Below the pieces are notes generated by a model. It saw only the letters and a list, made by a program, of their open reading frames with translations. It ran no database searches and was not told the origin of the DNA. Both the position numbers and the translations under genes were made by a program. A stretch of DNA of 62,863 bases, from contig JABDAT010000004.1 of NCBI GenBank assembly GCA_013288985.1, positions 1 to 62,863 on the forward strand, written 5' to 3'. The DNA comes from Alphaproteobacteria bacterium (GTDB taxonomy: Bacteria; Pseudomonadota; Alphaproteobacteria; Rickettsiales; JABCZZ01). This document shows positions 62,145 through 62,863 of this stretch, one piece after another; position 1 is the first letter of the stretch, and each line of letters starts with the position of its first letter.

Positions 62145-62863
62145 CGGGCGAGTATAGTGCGTCGCCTTCGCTGACGCTGACCTCCTCTAAAGCGGTCGTC
62201 GCAAATGCTTCTCTGCGCTCCATGTTAGATATGTTTCATTTTAATACGCTCTTAATACGTTGTTCCTCGATTTATTATGTTTTGTTGAATCGCTCCTGCT
62301 TCGGACTCCTGTCCTGTGCAATAAGCCTAAGGGCTTGCGCCCACTGAAGATTCGGCCTTCTGGCCTCGATATGTCCCAAAATATAACACGTTGTTCCTCG
62401 ATTTTTATGTTTTTGATTGAAGGGGGGCAAAGGATTGCCCCCGCTACCACTCCTCCTCTAAAGAGGTCGTCGCAAGTGCTCCTCCGCGTATCCATGATAA
62501 ATGTGTAGCCTTTGCGCACTTCTTGTTCCTCTTATTTCCGTTATTGCGAGGAGTCGGAGACGACGTGACGATCCAGTCTTCCTGTCTCATGCCGCACTTG
62601 TTGCGGCATCTCCCAGTGCTGAAGGAGACCCCGCAATAAATGCGGGGTGACAATAGAGAGTATGTATTGCCACGCTCTCGCTGTGCGCTCGCAATGATGA
62701 TTAGAGTGTATCAGGGAATAGTCCCTATTTCAATACCCTAAGATAAAAAATGAGTGCAGAATAGCGATCGTCTGAGGTCCCGGCTTTCGCCGGGACGACG
62801 GAATATAGGGGACAAGAAGCGTGGGCAGGAGGCCACGCCCTTCAGCCGCGAAGCGTCAGGTTC
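62145..62863. repeat. Cluster of nested REP/MITE-like palindromic elements
   Basis: CCTCTAAAG.GGTCGTCGCAA.TGCT units at about 62185 and 62455; TTGCGAG..CTCGCAATGA enclosing the 57826-type element; GTCCCGGCTTTCGCCGGGACGAC; 17-bp direct repeat at 62257/62388. Confidence 0.72.

Noticed and set aside
62145-62863. CRISPR array
   Set aside because: Repeats are heterogeneous and irregularly spaced, with only 2-3 copies and no cas genes.

Overview
Alphaproteobacterial chromosome segment. Core genes flank it: TacA-like REC-Fis fragment, chpT, cheAWYBR and ctrA on the left; tRNA-Leu, a GT2 glycosyltransferase, mscL, lpdA, argB, engB, yejEF and palindromic REP/RPE-like repeats on the right. Between tRNA-Thr(GGT) at 8596-8670 and tRNA-Leu(CAG) at 51776-51862 lies about 43 kb of layered accessory DNA. 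(1) A ~13.5 kb P4/PICI-like satellite (tyrosine integrase, AlpA, RepB-primase/SF3 helicase) is bounded by a 46-bp tRNA-Thr 3' duplication. It carries a candidate defence operon (two ComEC-type MBL hydrolases plus a 4TM protein), a C4-like antisense RNA leader, a methyltransferase-like ORFan and an SF2 helicase with four ~85-aa repeats. (2) Directly after the displaced tRNA 3' end (...GGCACCA) is a tandem array of 3-4 recombinase-less cargo modules. Each ends in a conserved TCCCTG/CAGGGA-rich terminus finishing in GCACCA, and at least two start with the same 55-bp left end. Their cargo is PHA/acetate metabolism plus a Na+-type N-ATPase, ECF/copper/PKS/oxidative-stress genes, and an FNR/FixK-type signalling set. 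This tRNA-end cassette array and the MBL-MBL-TM operon are the best candidates for undescribed systems. All calls come from reading the sequence by eye; no searches were run.
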